From contig CBFGKH010000006.1 of the NCBI GenBank assembly GCA_965649295.1, positions 32,001-96,000 of the forward strand: DNA of 64,000 nt. The letters run 5' to 3'. This document shows, piece after piece, positions 40,386 to 50,734 of the stretch. Every line of letters begins with the position of its first letter. The stretch's first letter is position 1. Both the position numbers and the translations under genes were made by a program. The DNA is from a candidate division WOR-3 bacterium. GTDB lineage: Bacteria > Hydrothermota > Tepidihabitantia > Tepidihabitantales > Tepidihabitantaceae. The notes beneath the pieces are model-generated. The model saw only the letters and a program-made list of their open reading frames with translations. It was not told the origin of the DNA and searched no databases.

Positions 40386-41354
40386 ATGAACCGCAACAAA
40401 CCGCTAGTGCTCGCAGCGGTTGCGCTGCTGATGGCGTTCTTCGCTGTCGGCTGCGACAGGCTGTGGAACGATCAGCCTGGCAAGACCAATGCAGCGTGGC
40501 ACTGGGTACCTGGTGGGCCGGCATATGTTGATTGGATGATGTCAGGAAGCTCAATCATCGGTCAGGTCAAAATTGAGCGGCCGACAGGTCCGCAACTCAA
40601 TGCCGGGTTCCAGATGTTCGGTACCCGGAAGATGACCAAGACCCATGTCCACGTCGCGACTTCGGCAATCGGCATTCCCTCCAACGTGAATAACTGGCAG
40701 TACAAGGTGACGCACAACCCGGCTAAGACCCAGTACACGCAGCCAGTCGCCTGGCAGTCGGCCTGGGACGGAGCCAACAAGCTGTACGTCGGCATGTACG
40801 CCCAGTTCACCGGTGGCGGGGACTGCAGCACGTGGAAGCAGATCTACACTTGGACGGTCACCATCCCGTACAAGGACGTTGACCTGCCCTACCACATCGT
40901 CACCTTCTTCGGCCAGCACCCGAACGGAACCTACAGCTACTGGAAGTTCAAGTTCAGTGGCATCGGGCCCGGATATGACGTTGTGGACGGTCAGTGGTAT
41001 GCTGGCTGGTGCATGGAGCAAACTCACTACATGAACCAGAACCAGAACTACCTGGCGGTACTCTGGTCAACGCTTGAGGCCCGTCTGCCCATCCGTCTGC
41101 AGAATGCCGGCTGGGACAATGTCAACTACCTGCTCAACAACAAGCATCCGAACGCGACGCTCTGGGACATCCAGGCCGCAATCTGGTACCTGCTGGGCAA
41201 CGGTGGCTATCCGTCGGACCCTGAGGCTCAGGCAATGGTGGCAGACGCCCTTGCCAACGGCGACGGGTTCAAGCCTTCGGGCGGTCAGTTGCTCGCGGTT
41301 GCTCTCGAACCGATCTGCGAACGGCAGGTAGTGTTCATTGAGCTCGATCCGTGA
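40386..41354 (+). CDS. Lipoprotein with a thioester-domain (TED)-like C-terminal half
   Basis: Lipobox AVGC; YAGWCME, IQAAIW and terminal RQVVF. Confidence 0.65.
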   Translation: MNRNKPLVLAAVALLMAFFAVGCDRLWNDQPGKTNAAWHWVPGGPAYVDWMMSGSSIIGQVKIERPTGPQLNAGFQMFGTRKMTKTHVHVATSAIGIPSNVNNWQYKVTHNPAKTQYTQPVAWQSAWDGANKLYVGMYAQFTGGGDCSTWKQIYTWTVTIPYKDVDLPYHIVTFFGQHPNGTYSYWKFKFSGIGPGYDVVDGQWYAGWCMEQTHYMNQNQNYLAVLWSTLEARLPIRLQNAGWDNVNYLLNNKHPNATLWDIQAAIWYLLGNGGYPSDPEAQAMVADALANGDGFKPSGGQLLAVALEPICERQVVFIELDP

Positions 41355-41381
41355 TGCGAGCATAAGCACTAACACAGAAGC

Positions 41382-41414
41382 GCAGGGGGGCGGAGACGCC
41401 CTCCTGCAGTTTTT
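41382..41414 (+). terminator. Intrinsic terminator
   Basis: GCAGGGGGGCG-GAGA-CGCCCTCCTGC followed by AGTTTTT. Confidence 0.7.
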
Positions 41415-41575
41415 GCCGGCGGTTCATATGTGCTGCCGGCGGCCCCCCCCATTACTCCGGCACCGACAATCCCATTCGACCAGGCTGTGCTGAACCACCA
41501 ACGGTGACCAGCTTGACCCTGACTGACCCACAAACTAGCATATACTGTCTGTTCCTACGCAATCCAGGAGGACCC

Positions 41576-44173
41576 TTGAGTCGTTTCGTTCTATTACTCT
41601 GCGTCGGAATCACCTTGGCGCTAGCTGGTGAGTTCCTTGGCCTTGTGCCTGCTGCCCGGCCAGATGAAATTGCCGGCAACTACCGTGTGGTTGGTCAGAC
41701 TGCCAATGGCGTACTCGTCATCGGCAACACCGCTAGTGAGAGAGATTTTGCCAACCGCGCCGGCCGCTACCTTGCCGTTGACCTAAAGGAGCACGAGTTC
41801 TATCGTGTCCGGTTGATTGAACCGGCGGCACGACCTGCCCTCGCCGCGGTCAGTCGCATTCTCGACTTCGATGGCAACGAGTATCTCGTCCAAATCAGGC
41901 CAAGCGAGGTCGAGAAGCTGATGAACCTGCCGGCTGAGCTTGCTCGCCTCAATCTCCGCGGCTGGGTCTTTACCGACAAACATCCGCAACTGCCTCGCGT
42001 TCTCGCCAATCCGCTCATCGAGCAGCTAGTTGCGAGCGTCAATCCCGATTCAGTGCTGGCCGTTGTCCGGCGCTTGCAGAACTACCGCAACCGCTACTCG
42101 ACCGGCGACTCCTGCCGCGCTGCTGCCCAGTGGATCAAGACGAAACTGAACGCCTACGGCTGCGACACGGTGATTCTTGAAAACCATACATCCGGTCATG
42201 CGCCCAACGTCATCGGCATCAAATATGGCACCCGTGGCCAACGCAACCCCTATGCGATTGTCTGCGGCCACTTTGACTCCTATGCTGCAACTAACGCGCC
42301 CGGTGCCGACGACAATGCCTCCGGCACTGCCGCCGTGATTGAAGCAGCCCGGGTGACGCAGGGCTACCGGTTCACCAACGACCTCCGCTTCATTGCCTTC
42401 TCCGGTGAGGAGTTCGGTCTCTACGGTAGCGACTACTACGCGACCCAGGCCCGCAACCGCGGGGACTCGATTCTCGGCGTAATCAACTTCGACATGATTG
42501 GTTACGTTGACGCTGCGCCGGAGTATCTTGACCTCGTGACCAAGATTGCCAACCCGCCCTGCGGCCCGTTCTCGGCCTGGTTCACGGCGGTTGCCGACAC
42601 CTATACCACTCTGCGCTGCTCAACGCAGATGGTTAGTGACAACCAGAACTCGGACCACGGCCCGTTCTGGAGCAACGGCTACGTCGCCTTCTGCGGCATC
42701 GAAGACTTCTGGCCGACCAACCCCCACTATCACACGAGCCACGACTCAATCGGCGCCGGTTACAACAACAACGCTTTCTGCACCGAGGTCACCAGGTCCG
42801 GCGTCGCCGCGCTTGCCACACTCGGGCAGCCGGTGCCACTAAACCAGCCGCTTGTCGGTATCCGCTCCACCCGCGTTGACGACGCGGCTGGCAACAACAA
42901 CAACCGCTGGGATGCCGGCGAAAGCGTTGCCGTCTATGTCATCCTCCGAAACTTCGGCATGGTTCCCGCCACCAATGTCAGCGCCACTGTCAGCACCAGC
43001 GACCCCTATGTGACGCTCTACAGCACGACCGCCGCTTACGGCACCATCAACGGCCTCGACACCGCTCTTCCGCAGGCTCCGTTGACGATGCGTGCCGCTC
43101 CGACTACGCCCCGCGAGCACGAAGCAAGCTTCACGCTCAATATCACTGCTGCCGAGACAACCTGGGTCACCAGCTTTGTCCTGCGCATCGGCGAGTATCT
43201 TGTCACCGACCCGATACCTGATGGCCCCCGCCAGCCGCCGCTCTACTGGGCCTACGATAACATTGACACTGCCTATCCACCGCATCCGACTTACAACTGG
43301 GTCGAGATTCGCTCGCAGGGCACTCGCCTCAGCTTTCCTCAGAATGATAACGTCGTGCTGGTCAACCTGCCAGCCGGTTTTGGGCCGATAAAGTTCTACG
43401 GCAACCGCTACACTCAGATATCGGTTTCTGCTGATGGCTGGATTGCGATGGGCAACTACACCACCAGCAACTACTCCAACACCGGCCTGCCCAATACTGC
43501 TGCGCCGCGGGCTGCGGTCTTTGCCAACTGGGACGACCTCTACCCTGAATACGGCGGTTCCGGTTACATCTACTGGTATCATGACGCCGCTAACCACCGG
43601 CTGATTGTCGAATATGACTCGGTTGCCTATTACAATCCGACTTCGGTTCGTGACAAGTTCCAGGTGATATTCTACGACACCACCCTGGCCTCACCTGACG
43701 GCAACAACGTCATCGTTGTCCAGTATAAGACCGCCAACCGCTTATCCAGTTCAACCACTGGCATTCAGGACCAAACTCAGACCATCGGCATCCAGAACCT
43801 CTACAACGGCAGCTACAGTCGCGGCGCGGCCACGATTGTCCCGGGCTCGGCCGTAAAGTATGTCACCGACGCACCAGTCGGACTGGCTGAAATACCACCC
43901 AGTCGGCCGCTCGCCGAACCGGCGCTGACCATTGGCCGGCACCCGCTACTTGGTCCCACGCGTATCGCCTTTCTACTGCCAACCGAGGGCCAGCTTGAGC
44001 TAGCGCTGTTCGACCAGTCCGGTCGCCGGGTCAGTCTGCTTGCCACCGGCCGTTACAGCTCTGGCTGGCACTCGCTTGAGTTCGACCCTACTGGTCTCCG
44101 GGCCGGAGTCTATTTCCTGCGCCTGACTGCGGCCGGCCTGAATAGAACCGTCAAGGCTGTTATCGCCCAGTAG
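41576..44173 (+). CDS. Secreted M28-family aminopeptidase with extra beta domains and T9SS-like tail
   Basis: GHFDS, GADDNASG, GEEFGL, NFDMIG, SDH and YHT; TTG start after AGGAGG. Confidence 0.9.
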   Translation: MSRFVLLLCVGITLALAGEFLGLVPAARPDEIAGNYRVVGQTANGVLVIGNTASERDFANRAGRYLAVDLKEHEFYRVRLIEPAARPALAAVSRILDFDGNEYLVQIRPSEVEKLMNLPAELARLNLRGWVFTDKHPQLPRVLANPLIEQLVASVNPDSVLAVVRRLQNYRNRYSTGDSCRAAAQWIKTKLNAYGCDTVILENHTSGHAPNVIGIKYGTRGQRNPYAIVCGHFDSYAATNAPGADDNASGTAAVIEAARVTQGYRFTNDLRFIAFSGEEFGLYGSDYYATQARNRGDSILGVINFDMIGYVDAAPEYLDLVTKIANPPCGPFSAWFTAVADTYTTLRCSTQMVSDNQNSDHGPFWSNGYVAFCGIEDFWPTNPHYHTSHDSIGAGYNNNAFCTEVTRSGVAALATLGQPVPLNQPLVGIRSTRVDDAAGNNNNRWDAGESVAVYVILRNFGMVPATNVSATVSTSDPYVTLYSTTAAYGTINGLDTALPQAPLTMRAAPTTPREHEASFTLNITAAETTWVTSFVLRIGEYLVTDPIPDGPRQPPLYWAYDNIDTAYPPHPTYNWVEIRSQGTRLSFPQNDNVVLVNLPAGFGPIKFYGNRYTQISVSADGWIAMGNYTTSNYSNTGLPNTAAPRAAVFANWDDLYPEYGGSGYIYWYHDAANHRLIVEYDSVAYYNPTSVRDKFQVIFYDTTLASPDGNNVIVVQYKTANRLSSSTTGIQDQTQTIGIQNLYNGSYSRGAATIVPGSAVKYVTDAPVGLAEIPPSRPLAEPALTIGRHPLLGPTRIAFLLPTEGQLELALFDQSGRRVSLLATGRYSSGWHSLEFDPTGLRAGVYFLRLTAAGLNRTVKAVIAQ

Positions 44174-44192
44174 CCGCTGAGCGGTGTACAAA

Positions 44193-44222
44193 GCGAGGCG
44201 CGGCCAGTTGGCCGCGCCTCGC
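44193..44222. terminator. Bidirectional hairpin terminator
   Basis: GCGAGGCGCGGCCA/TGGCCGCGCCTCGC inverted repeat between convergent genes. Confidence 0.7.
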
Positions 44223-44238
44223 GTAGTGTCCGGTTAGC

Positions 44239-46065
44239 CTAGCGGACGAGCACGAGCTTGTGGATCTCGTTCGCCGAACTCGTATTGAGCTTCACGAAGT
44301 ACATGCCCGCGTTCAATCCGTCGAGCGAGACCTGCACATCGCGGCCGCAGAGCTCGACCGACTTGACGATATTGCCCGCGAGGTCATAAACCTGAGCCGA
44401 GCCCTTGCCGAGCCTGGCTGACAGATCAATGACGTTCTTCGTGTAGGGTGTCGGCAGCGAAAGCCGCGGACTGGCAACCTCGGGCCGGCGACCTTCGTTC
44501 ACGCCGAGATACGGCGGATAGTAGAACAGCACCGACACGTTCGCAGCCGGAACGTGGTTGGCCGGCGCACCGTTGTAGCAATACTGATGGAACCAGTTCG
44601 AGGCACCAGTCAGGCCCTGGATACCAATCGTGTTCGAGTTAGTCGTGGCCGGGACTGCCTGATAGTTGAAGCGAATCCGGCCTTGATTATCAATGATGCA
44701 CTGGGCCGTCAGCGTACCCGTGCCCGAGTAGGGCGGAACATTGACGAACGCGAAGACCGTGTAGTCATTGGTCGGGCTGTTGTACTGATAGACCGTCCCG
44801 CCCGCGCCCGGGTTCATATCGTCCCAGTAGAAGGCAATCATGTTCGGGATTGACGCCTGCGGAAGGGTGGCATTCGTATAGGTCGTAGCTGTACCAGTCT
44901 CAAGGAACCCGTTGGTGCAGATGTTGATACCATTCAGGTTCTGCCCGTAGTAGGGGAAAGTGAACGGCAGAGTGCGAACGCTGTAACCGTCGTCACTCGA
45001 ACCAGTCCAAGTCGTAATCGGCGTACCCGCGGTCGGGTCAATCCAGTTGTAGGTGACCGTGTCGCCTTCCTGAGTTGACTCGTAGATGTAGCCGAACCCA
45101 TCTGGGTCTGAGCCACGGCGGCAGATTGCCCGCGCCGTGCGAACGTCATTCGCCGGATTCTCGTCACCGACCAGCGCGGTCGAGATGGTCGTAATCAGTA
45201 CGTCGCCGACGTCGGGTACAGTCGAGCCGATGTTAATGCGGGCGGTGGCATTCGGCGCCAGGCCAGTAATTGTCGTATCGCCCTCGAACAGGTTTACGCC
45301 CGCGAGCGAGTCAAGCACCTCGTAGTGCACATCAAACGTCTCGGTGTTGGTCCCATAGTTCTTGACCATACCCTCAAACACCGCGGTCTCACCAACCCGG
45401 ATACGACCAGACGGGCTGACCGACAGTACGCCGACGTCATGCGCCAAGCTCTGGGTCGTGATGATTGCCCGGATATTCCAGTTGTAGTTCAGGCCATAGT
45501 CAGCAAGCTGTGACCACGCGCCCTGGAAGTAGATCCAGCCACCGCGGGTCGGCACCATCGGCCCAGCATCAACGCCGAGCGGATAGACACCCGCCGCGTG
45601 GGTCATTCGCGGACCAAGCCAGAAATCTTCATTGGCGTTCATCGGAATCGGCGCGGCAAAGTTAACCCGCTTCCAGACCGAATCGCCCGCACCCGGGTAA
45701 TTGGCTGAGTCAAGCAGCGGCCCCGGCTGGGAAGTCGACCCTGCGCCCCAAACGAAAGCCTTCTCATTGCTCGAAGCCTGATACTGGAAGAACAGCAGGG
45801 CAACAAGCTGACAGTTCTCGGTCGGAGTGAATCGGACTGCACCGGTGTAGGTACCGCCGGCAGTCAGACCGATGGCATCAGCGTTCGGGCCGTCATAGTG
45901 CAACGTCTCCTCGTCGTCAACGCCGCCCCAGGTCGGCTCGAGAATCATCTCGCGCGGGCCAAGATTGGCCTTGGCGAATACCGCCAGGTCGGCCGAGGCC
46001 TTGGCAAACACCGGCACGGCAAATGCCAGCAGCAAGGCCGCCATTACGATCACGTGTCTCTTCAC
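44239..46065 (-). CDS. Secreted multidomain protein (CARDB plus beta domain) with T9SS-like tail
   Basis: Signal peptide; shares a 'YNW..., LPF.F.YYG..., ..WDD' domain with the adjacent M28 protein; ends AGMYFVKL...KLVLVR. Confidence 0.8.
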   Translation of the reverse strand: MKRHVIVMAALLLAFAVPVFAKASADLAVFAKANLGPREMILEPTWGGVDDEETLHYDGPNADAIGLTAGGTYTGAVRFTPTENCQLVALLFFQYQASSNEKAFVWGAGSTSQPGPLLDSANYPGAGDSVWKRVNFAAPIPMNANEDFWLGPRMTHAAGVYPLGVDAGPMVPTRGGWIYFQGAWSQLADYGLNYNWNIRAIITTQSLAHDVGVLSVSPSGRIRVGETAVFEGMVKNYGTNTETFDVHYEVLDSLAGVNLFEGDTTITGLAPNATARINIGSTVPDVGDVLITTISTALVGDENPANDVRTARAICRRGSDPDGFGYIYESTQEGDTVTYNWIDPTAGTPITTWTGSSDDGYSVRTLPFTFPYYGQNLNGINICTNGFLETGTATTYTNATLPQASIPNMIAFYWDDMNPGAGGTVYQYNSPTNDYTVFAFVNVPPYSGTGTLTAQCIIDNQGRIRFNYQAVPATTNSNTIGIQGLTGASNWFHQYCYNGAPANHVPAANVSVLFYYPPYLGVNEGRRPEVASPRLSLPTPYTKNVIDLSARLGKGSAQVYDLAGNIVKSVELCGRDVQVSLDGLNAGMYFVKLNTSSANEIHKLVLVR

Positions 46066-46251
46066 TTCGGACTCCTTTAGGTTTGTGATTTTCTACCGTG
46101 GTCCTGCGCGGGGCACCACACCTAACCGCGCCTTGGGGAACCGGCCATTGCCGGCGCCTCAGCCACAAGCCCATTATACACCCCCTTAACAGTCCAAGTC
46201 AAGGCCAGAACCGAGCCAGCCACGAGTCGCTGCAACAAAGAACTGCCGCCG

Positions 46252-47610
46252 CTACTCAGTTGGAAAGACCGACAACTGCGGCGACCGGTAGTACCGGGCT
46301 GCGCGACCGCGGCCACGCAGGACCAGTCGCTGCTTCTTGACGAGACCTGCCAGCAGATAACCGGCCTGGGCTGGACTGATTCGCAATAGTGTCCGCACAA
46401 TCTCGTTCGTGACGTAGCGCTTCTCTTCGGGCCCGGTCAAGCTTGCCAGGTATTCGAGAATTGCGCTCTCGGCGTAGGCCGCCTCGGCCCGGCGAAACAG
46501 CGAGTAGCTGACACTGCCCCGCAGCTGCTGATAGACCTGCTTTGACAGCCGATAGACACGGCCCTTCTTTTGGCCGAACGGTTCAAGCAATCCCTTCAGC
46601 ACCATCGAGCTAAGAACCTCGCGCGTCTCGTTCTCGCCGCGCTGGAGGATGCGCTCGGCCTCGCCAAGATCAATCTCGCGGTTCCGCTTCAGATACGATA
46701 GCACCAGCAGCTCATACAGCGTCGGCTCCCGGCCCTCCTGGTGCCGGTTCATCACAAACCGCGCAAAAGTCTCGTCAATCCCGCCCGCGCCCGACGCTGG
46801 CTTCCGTCTGGGCCCAGTCTCCTCAACCCGGCCGCTGCGCAAGACCACCCGCACGAAATCGGCGCCAGCCTCATAACTCGGCGGCTCCTTACCATAGGCA
46901 AGCAGGATATGATACATCCGCCTGACACCCATTCCGGCTCGCTCGACCAGCCGAATCTTCTGCAGCAACTGACAGAGCAGCCGGTTGCGGCTGACCGGTT
47001 CGTGGCCAAGAATGTTGGCAACCGTCACATCGCCCCAGAATCCACCGGGGTTGGCAATCTCAATCCGGTCGGCAAAATGGCGCACATAGACCGGCGCACC
47101 AATCCGGTAGTCACGATGGGCAAAGGCATTGAGCAATGCCTCGCGACAGACCTCCTCGGGAAAATCGGGAATCTCGAAGTGAAACAGGCCGAACTTCAGG
47201 GTCGTTATCCGATTATGCGGCTCGATTGCCGCGGCAAACTGCTCAAGCACCCCCAGCAACGGCCGGGCTGAGTCAACGCGGCGGTCGTATTCAGTGTCGC
47301 TTTTCATGTGCAGATAGACCGCCTCATGCCCGGGCAGTGCCTTTCTGATTGCTTCCTCCTTACCCACCACCAGCAGACCCGCCACAGTCAGCCGCAACCC
47401 ATCGTCTGGCACCACCGCTCCCAGCCGCAAGAGCAACTCCTCATCACCCAACCCGAGCAGCGCCGAAGTCGGCTCCTTACCGGCCAGAATCCGCCGCAGC
47501 CGCTCGACCTCCAGCCGATCAATTGCCTCCGGCCCCAGCTCAAGCACCTGGGCCGAGAAATCAGGCTCCGAAACTGCACTGTCGGTTGGAACAGCCATTG
47601 CTTGGGCCAA
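46252..47610 (-). CDS. HATPase_c_4 / RecG-C-terminal-like ATP-binding HTH protein
   Basis: REALLNAFAHRDY, IEIANPGG, SRNRLL, VERAGMGV and C-terminal winged-helix regions. Confidence 0.8.
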   Translation of the reverse strand: MAQAMAVPTDSAVSEPDFSAQVLELGPEAIDRLEVERLRRILAGKEPTSALLGLGDEELLLRLGAVVPDDGLRLTVAGLLVVGKEEAIRKALPGHEAVYLHMKSDTEYDRRVDSARPLLGVLEQFAAAIEPHNRITTLKFGLFHFEIPDFPEEVCREALLNAFAHRDYRIGAPVYVRHFADRIEIANPGGFWGDVTVANILGHEPVSRNRLLCQLLQKIRLVERAGMGVRRMYHILLAYGKEPPSYEAGADFVRVVLRSGRVEETGPRRKPASGAGGIDETFARFVMNRHQEGREPTLYELLVLSYLKRNREIDLGEAERILQRGENETREVLSSMVLKGLLEPFGQKKGRVYRLSKQVYQQLRGSVSYSLFRRAEAAYAESAILEYLASLTGPEEKRYVTNEIVRTLLRISPAQAGYLLAGLVKKQRLVLRGRGRAARYYRSPQLSVFPTE

Positions 47611-47652
47611 TCCTACGGCTTCAACCCATCGCCGTCAACCAGTTCAGCCAGG

Positions 47653-49005
47653 TCAGTCCTCGCCGACCGCCCGTCGTATTGACCGCTCCAACCGCGCCCG
47701 CAGATTGGGCGTGAAACCGGCATGGATGTCGCTGATTCTTCCCTTGCGATCAACCACCACCACTGTCGGAAAACCGGTAACGCCATACTTCCGGTACGTC
47801 TCGCCGCAGAGTAGGTTGAGATACGAAAGCCTGAGCTTCTCGACCACGAATCGAGCATCAGCCACATCCTTGTCCGTGTTCATCCCGATAACCGTCACCG
47901 CCCTTGCCGGATACTCCCGGGCCAGCGAGTCGAGCACCGGCATCGCCCGAATACACCACGGACAGGCCCGATACCAGAAGTCGAGCAGCAGCACCCGGCC
48001 CCGGAAGTCCTTCAGTCGCCGCACCCGACCATCGAGGTCTGGTAAGGTCCAAGCCGGTGCCGGTTGGCCGATAAGTTCAAGCCGAGACCTGGTCTGGGCC
48101 AAAAGCTCTGGCACCGACTGCTGATGTCTAGCCTGCTCCTCACGCAACAACCCGACAACTGCCGAATCACTCACCCTTGCCATTGCCCTAACCAAGACGC
48201 TCTCGGCCTTGTTCCAGACAACCGACAACGTGTCGTGGTGCTCAAGCGCCGCGTCGGTAATGCTGTCATACTCCCGCTTTGCCGCAAAGAACCGACCCAG
48301 GTCCGCCACCAACGTTCGGAGTCGGTCTGCCTCGAAACTCCCGACCGAGTCAAGTACCGCAACCGAAGTCTGCCGACTCTCACCCAGCCCAGCATCGCTG
48401 CGCGCCTGACTCTCCCGCCGCACCACAAGACCCTGCCGAGTATTGAACAGCACCTCGGCAGTTGAACGAATCCCATAAACGCTATCCAGCGGCGATGAGT
48501 TCTCCATCCGGAACAGCCAGATGCTGTCGCGCAGGTTCTTGTTCTCCAACTTGACAAAACTTGCCTCTTTCAGGCTCGTATCGGTCACGATCAGCCAGCC
48601 ACGCTTGGCCCGTACCGTGTCCGGCGGCAGCGGCGGGAACAGTGACTGCGGGTCAGCATCACCGGCCTCCTGCAGTTTTCTCACTTCGCGGTCTAGCTCG
48701 AACAACGCCCAGCTCACCTTTCCCGGCAGCTCAGTGCGCGTTCCATCCGGTTTGGTCTGATAGCCCTTATCCTCAGCCCGACCAACCAGTTGCCAGACCG
48801 GAAAACCGGCAACCGAATCAATCCGACCGACAACGTAGAACTCCCATTGTCGCGTTCTTCGGCGCGACCCTTGGCCGAAGTGCGACTCGCTCGTCACCGT
48901 GTAGCAGAGCTTCTTCCCCGGTGCCAACTGATAGGACGGCATCACAAATTCGGCTGCCACCACTCCACTGGCGAGCAGAATCATCAACCATCGTCCTGTC
49001 ACCAT
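47653..49005 (-). CDS. Exported protein with a C-terminal TlpA redoxin domain (Cys form)
   Basis: APAWTLPDLDG, LLLDFWYRACPWC and GFPT. Confidence 0.85.
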   Translation of the reverse strand: MVTGRWLMILLASGVVAAEFVMPSYQLAPGKKLCYTVTSESHFGQGSRRRTRQWEFYVVGRIDSVAGFPVWQLVGRAEDKGYQTKPDGTRTELPGKVSWALFELDREVRKLQEAGDADPQSLFPPLPPDTVRAKRGWLIVTDTSLKEASFVKLENKNLRDSIWLFRMENSSPLDSVYGIRSTAEVLFNTRQGLVVRRESQARSDAGLGESRQTSVAVLDSVGSFEADRLRTLVADLGRFFAAKREYDSITDAALEHHDTLSVVWNKAESVLVRAMARVSDSAVVGLLREEQARHQQSVPELLAQTRSRLELIGQPAPAWTLPDLDGRVRRLKDFRGRVLLLDFWYRACPWCIRAMPVLDSLAREYPARAVTVIGMNTDKDVADARFVVEKLRLSYLNLLCGETYRKYGVTGFPTVVVVDRKGRISDIHAGFTPNLRARLERSIRRAVGED

Positions 49006-49603
49006 TTTACTGCTCCTCTCGGTAAGACCGACGCTTTTCTATTCGCCATGCATCCCTGGTTCCCTCGTCACCCTCTTTGCCAGAATCTACACCGACCAAT
49101 CCGGGTGGTCAACGCAAAGAAACGGATAGGCCTGATGGCTGGGCCAATCAGGGACGGGTTTGCAGTCAGCCATCATTAGCCTGACGGGAACCCACCCCCA
49201 AACAGGGACATAACCCCTGGCCCAAGCCCAGCCAAGGTGATTGTAGGAAAGCAGCCGCCGGGCATGGTTACAGACGACAACCAAAGCCCAACCGGAAAGA
49301 GAAAAGCAGGCAGCCTGGCCAGCACCTTCAGGAACTATTCTCGGAAGAACGAGGGGAACTGTCTGGGGGATGGGGTGTCAAGAAATGCTCCCAAGACCTA
49401 ACCCAATGCTTTGGAGTCAGTTACATCAAGCTATCACCTCAGCCGGTTGTGAACTTAAAAGTACACAAACCGACCTTGGCCGGCACTCTTCTCCTCGGCT
49501 TCTGACCCACGCCCACTTGCGGTCAGAATTGCTCAAACCGGGTTCGTTGCCCGCCATTGCAGCTTGACAATCTATGGCTAGTAGGCCAGAGTGTTAGATA
49601 GCG

Positions 49604-50725
49604 ATGTTCAGGACTGCTGCTGCCTCGCTGCTGCTCTGCTCGCTGGCTACTGCCCGCTTCGAGTTTGGCGGTCAGGCATCGGTTTGGCTTGGTGCCGGCT
49701 ACAATACGGCCTGGTTCGGCCAAGGCGGGCTCCGCTATCTTCCTGACCTGCAGCTCTCGCTGCCGCTAAACGAACAATTCACGCTCGACGCCGACGCATC
49801 AGCCAACGGCCATATTTCCGGGCTTGCGCGAACCGTGCAGACCGAATTCGATGCCCGGCTGAAGCCATATCGCGCGTACCTGCGCCTCTCCTCTGCCCGC
49901 TTCGAGAGTCGCATAGGCCTACAGCAGCTCAACTTCGGTTCGGCGATACTCCTGCGGCCGCTGCGATGGTTCGACCGGCTCGATCCGCGTGACCCGCTCG
50001 GGATGACCGACGGCGTCTTGGCACTGCTCGGCCGCTACTACTTCCAGAACAACACCAACCTCTGGGCCTGGGGTCTCATCGGCAATTCGTCGCCCAAAGG
50101 CTGGGAGCAGTACGGGTCCGAACGCTGGGCGCCGGAGTTCGGCGGCCGGGCACAGTTGCCGGTGCCGCGCGGCGAACTGGCCGCGACCTTTCACCATCGT
50201 CGCTTCAATACCCAAGTGCCCTACTGGCAGCGAGTCGCAACGCTAGCTGTCACTGAGGACCGGCTTGGTCTCGACGGCAAGTGGGACCTGGGCATCGGCC
50301 TGAGCTTCGAAGCCAGCCTTCAGCGCCAGCACTTTGGCCGGCCCGGTGACTACCTGGACTGGCAGCGGGCTGTCACTCTTGGTCTCGACTACACCTTTGG
50401 CATCGGCTCGGGGTTCGGACTGCAGGTTGAGCAGATGGTCACGGCTCGGGCTGACGAACCACTTGGCCGCAGCTACTCGGGCGAGCGTCAGGTCACGGCC
50501 CTCGTGCTCTCCTACCCGATCAGCCTGCTCGACAACCTGCGCGGGTTCGTTTACTTCGACTGGCGGGAACACAGCCTGTATCGGTTCGTGAGCTGGCAGC
50601 GAACCTATGACCGCTGGCTCTGGAGCGTATCCGCGTTCTGGAACCCGGACCGGCCGAGCGCATTCGTCGGTACAACCAACACCGCCGGCAAAGGGCTCGT
50701 GTTCACCCTTGCACTAAACCATTAG
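49604..50725 (+). CDS. Outer-membrane beta-barrel-like protein
   Basis: Signal peptide, beta-strand pattern and RIGLQQLNFG...FDRLDPRDP; first gene of the ABC cluster. Confidence 0.65.
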   Translation: MFRTAAASLLLCSLATARFEFGGQASVWLGAGYNTAWFGQGGLRYLPDLQLSLPLNEQFTLDADASANGHISGLARTVQTEFDARLKPYRAYLRLSSARFESRIGLQQLNFGSAILLRPLRWFDRLDPRDPLGMTDGVLALLGRYYFQNNTNLWAWGLIGNSSPKGWEQYGSERWAPEFGGRAQLPVPRGELAATFHHRRFNTQVPYWQRVATLAVTEDRLGLDGKWDLGIGLSFEASLQRQHFGRPGDYLDWQRAVTLGLDYTFGIGSGFGLQVEQMVTARADEPLGRSYSGERQVTALVLSYPISLLDNLRGFVYFDWREHSLYRFVSWQRTYDRWLWSVSAFWNPDRPSAFVGTTNTAGKGLVFTLALNH

Positions 50726-50734
50726 GAGACAAAG

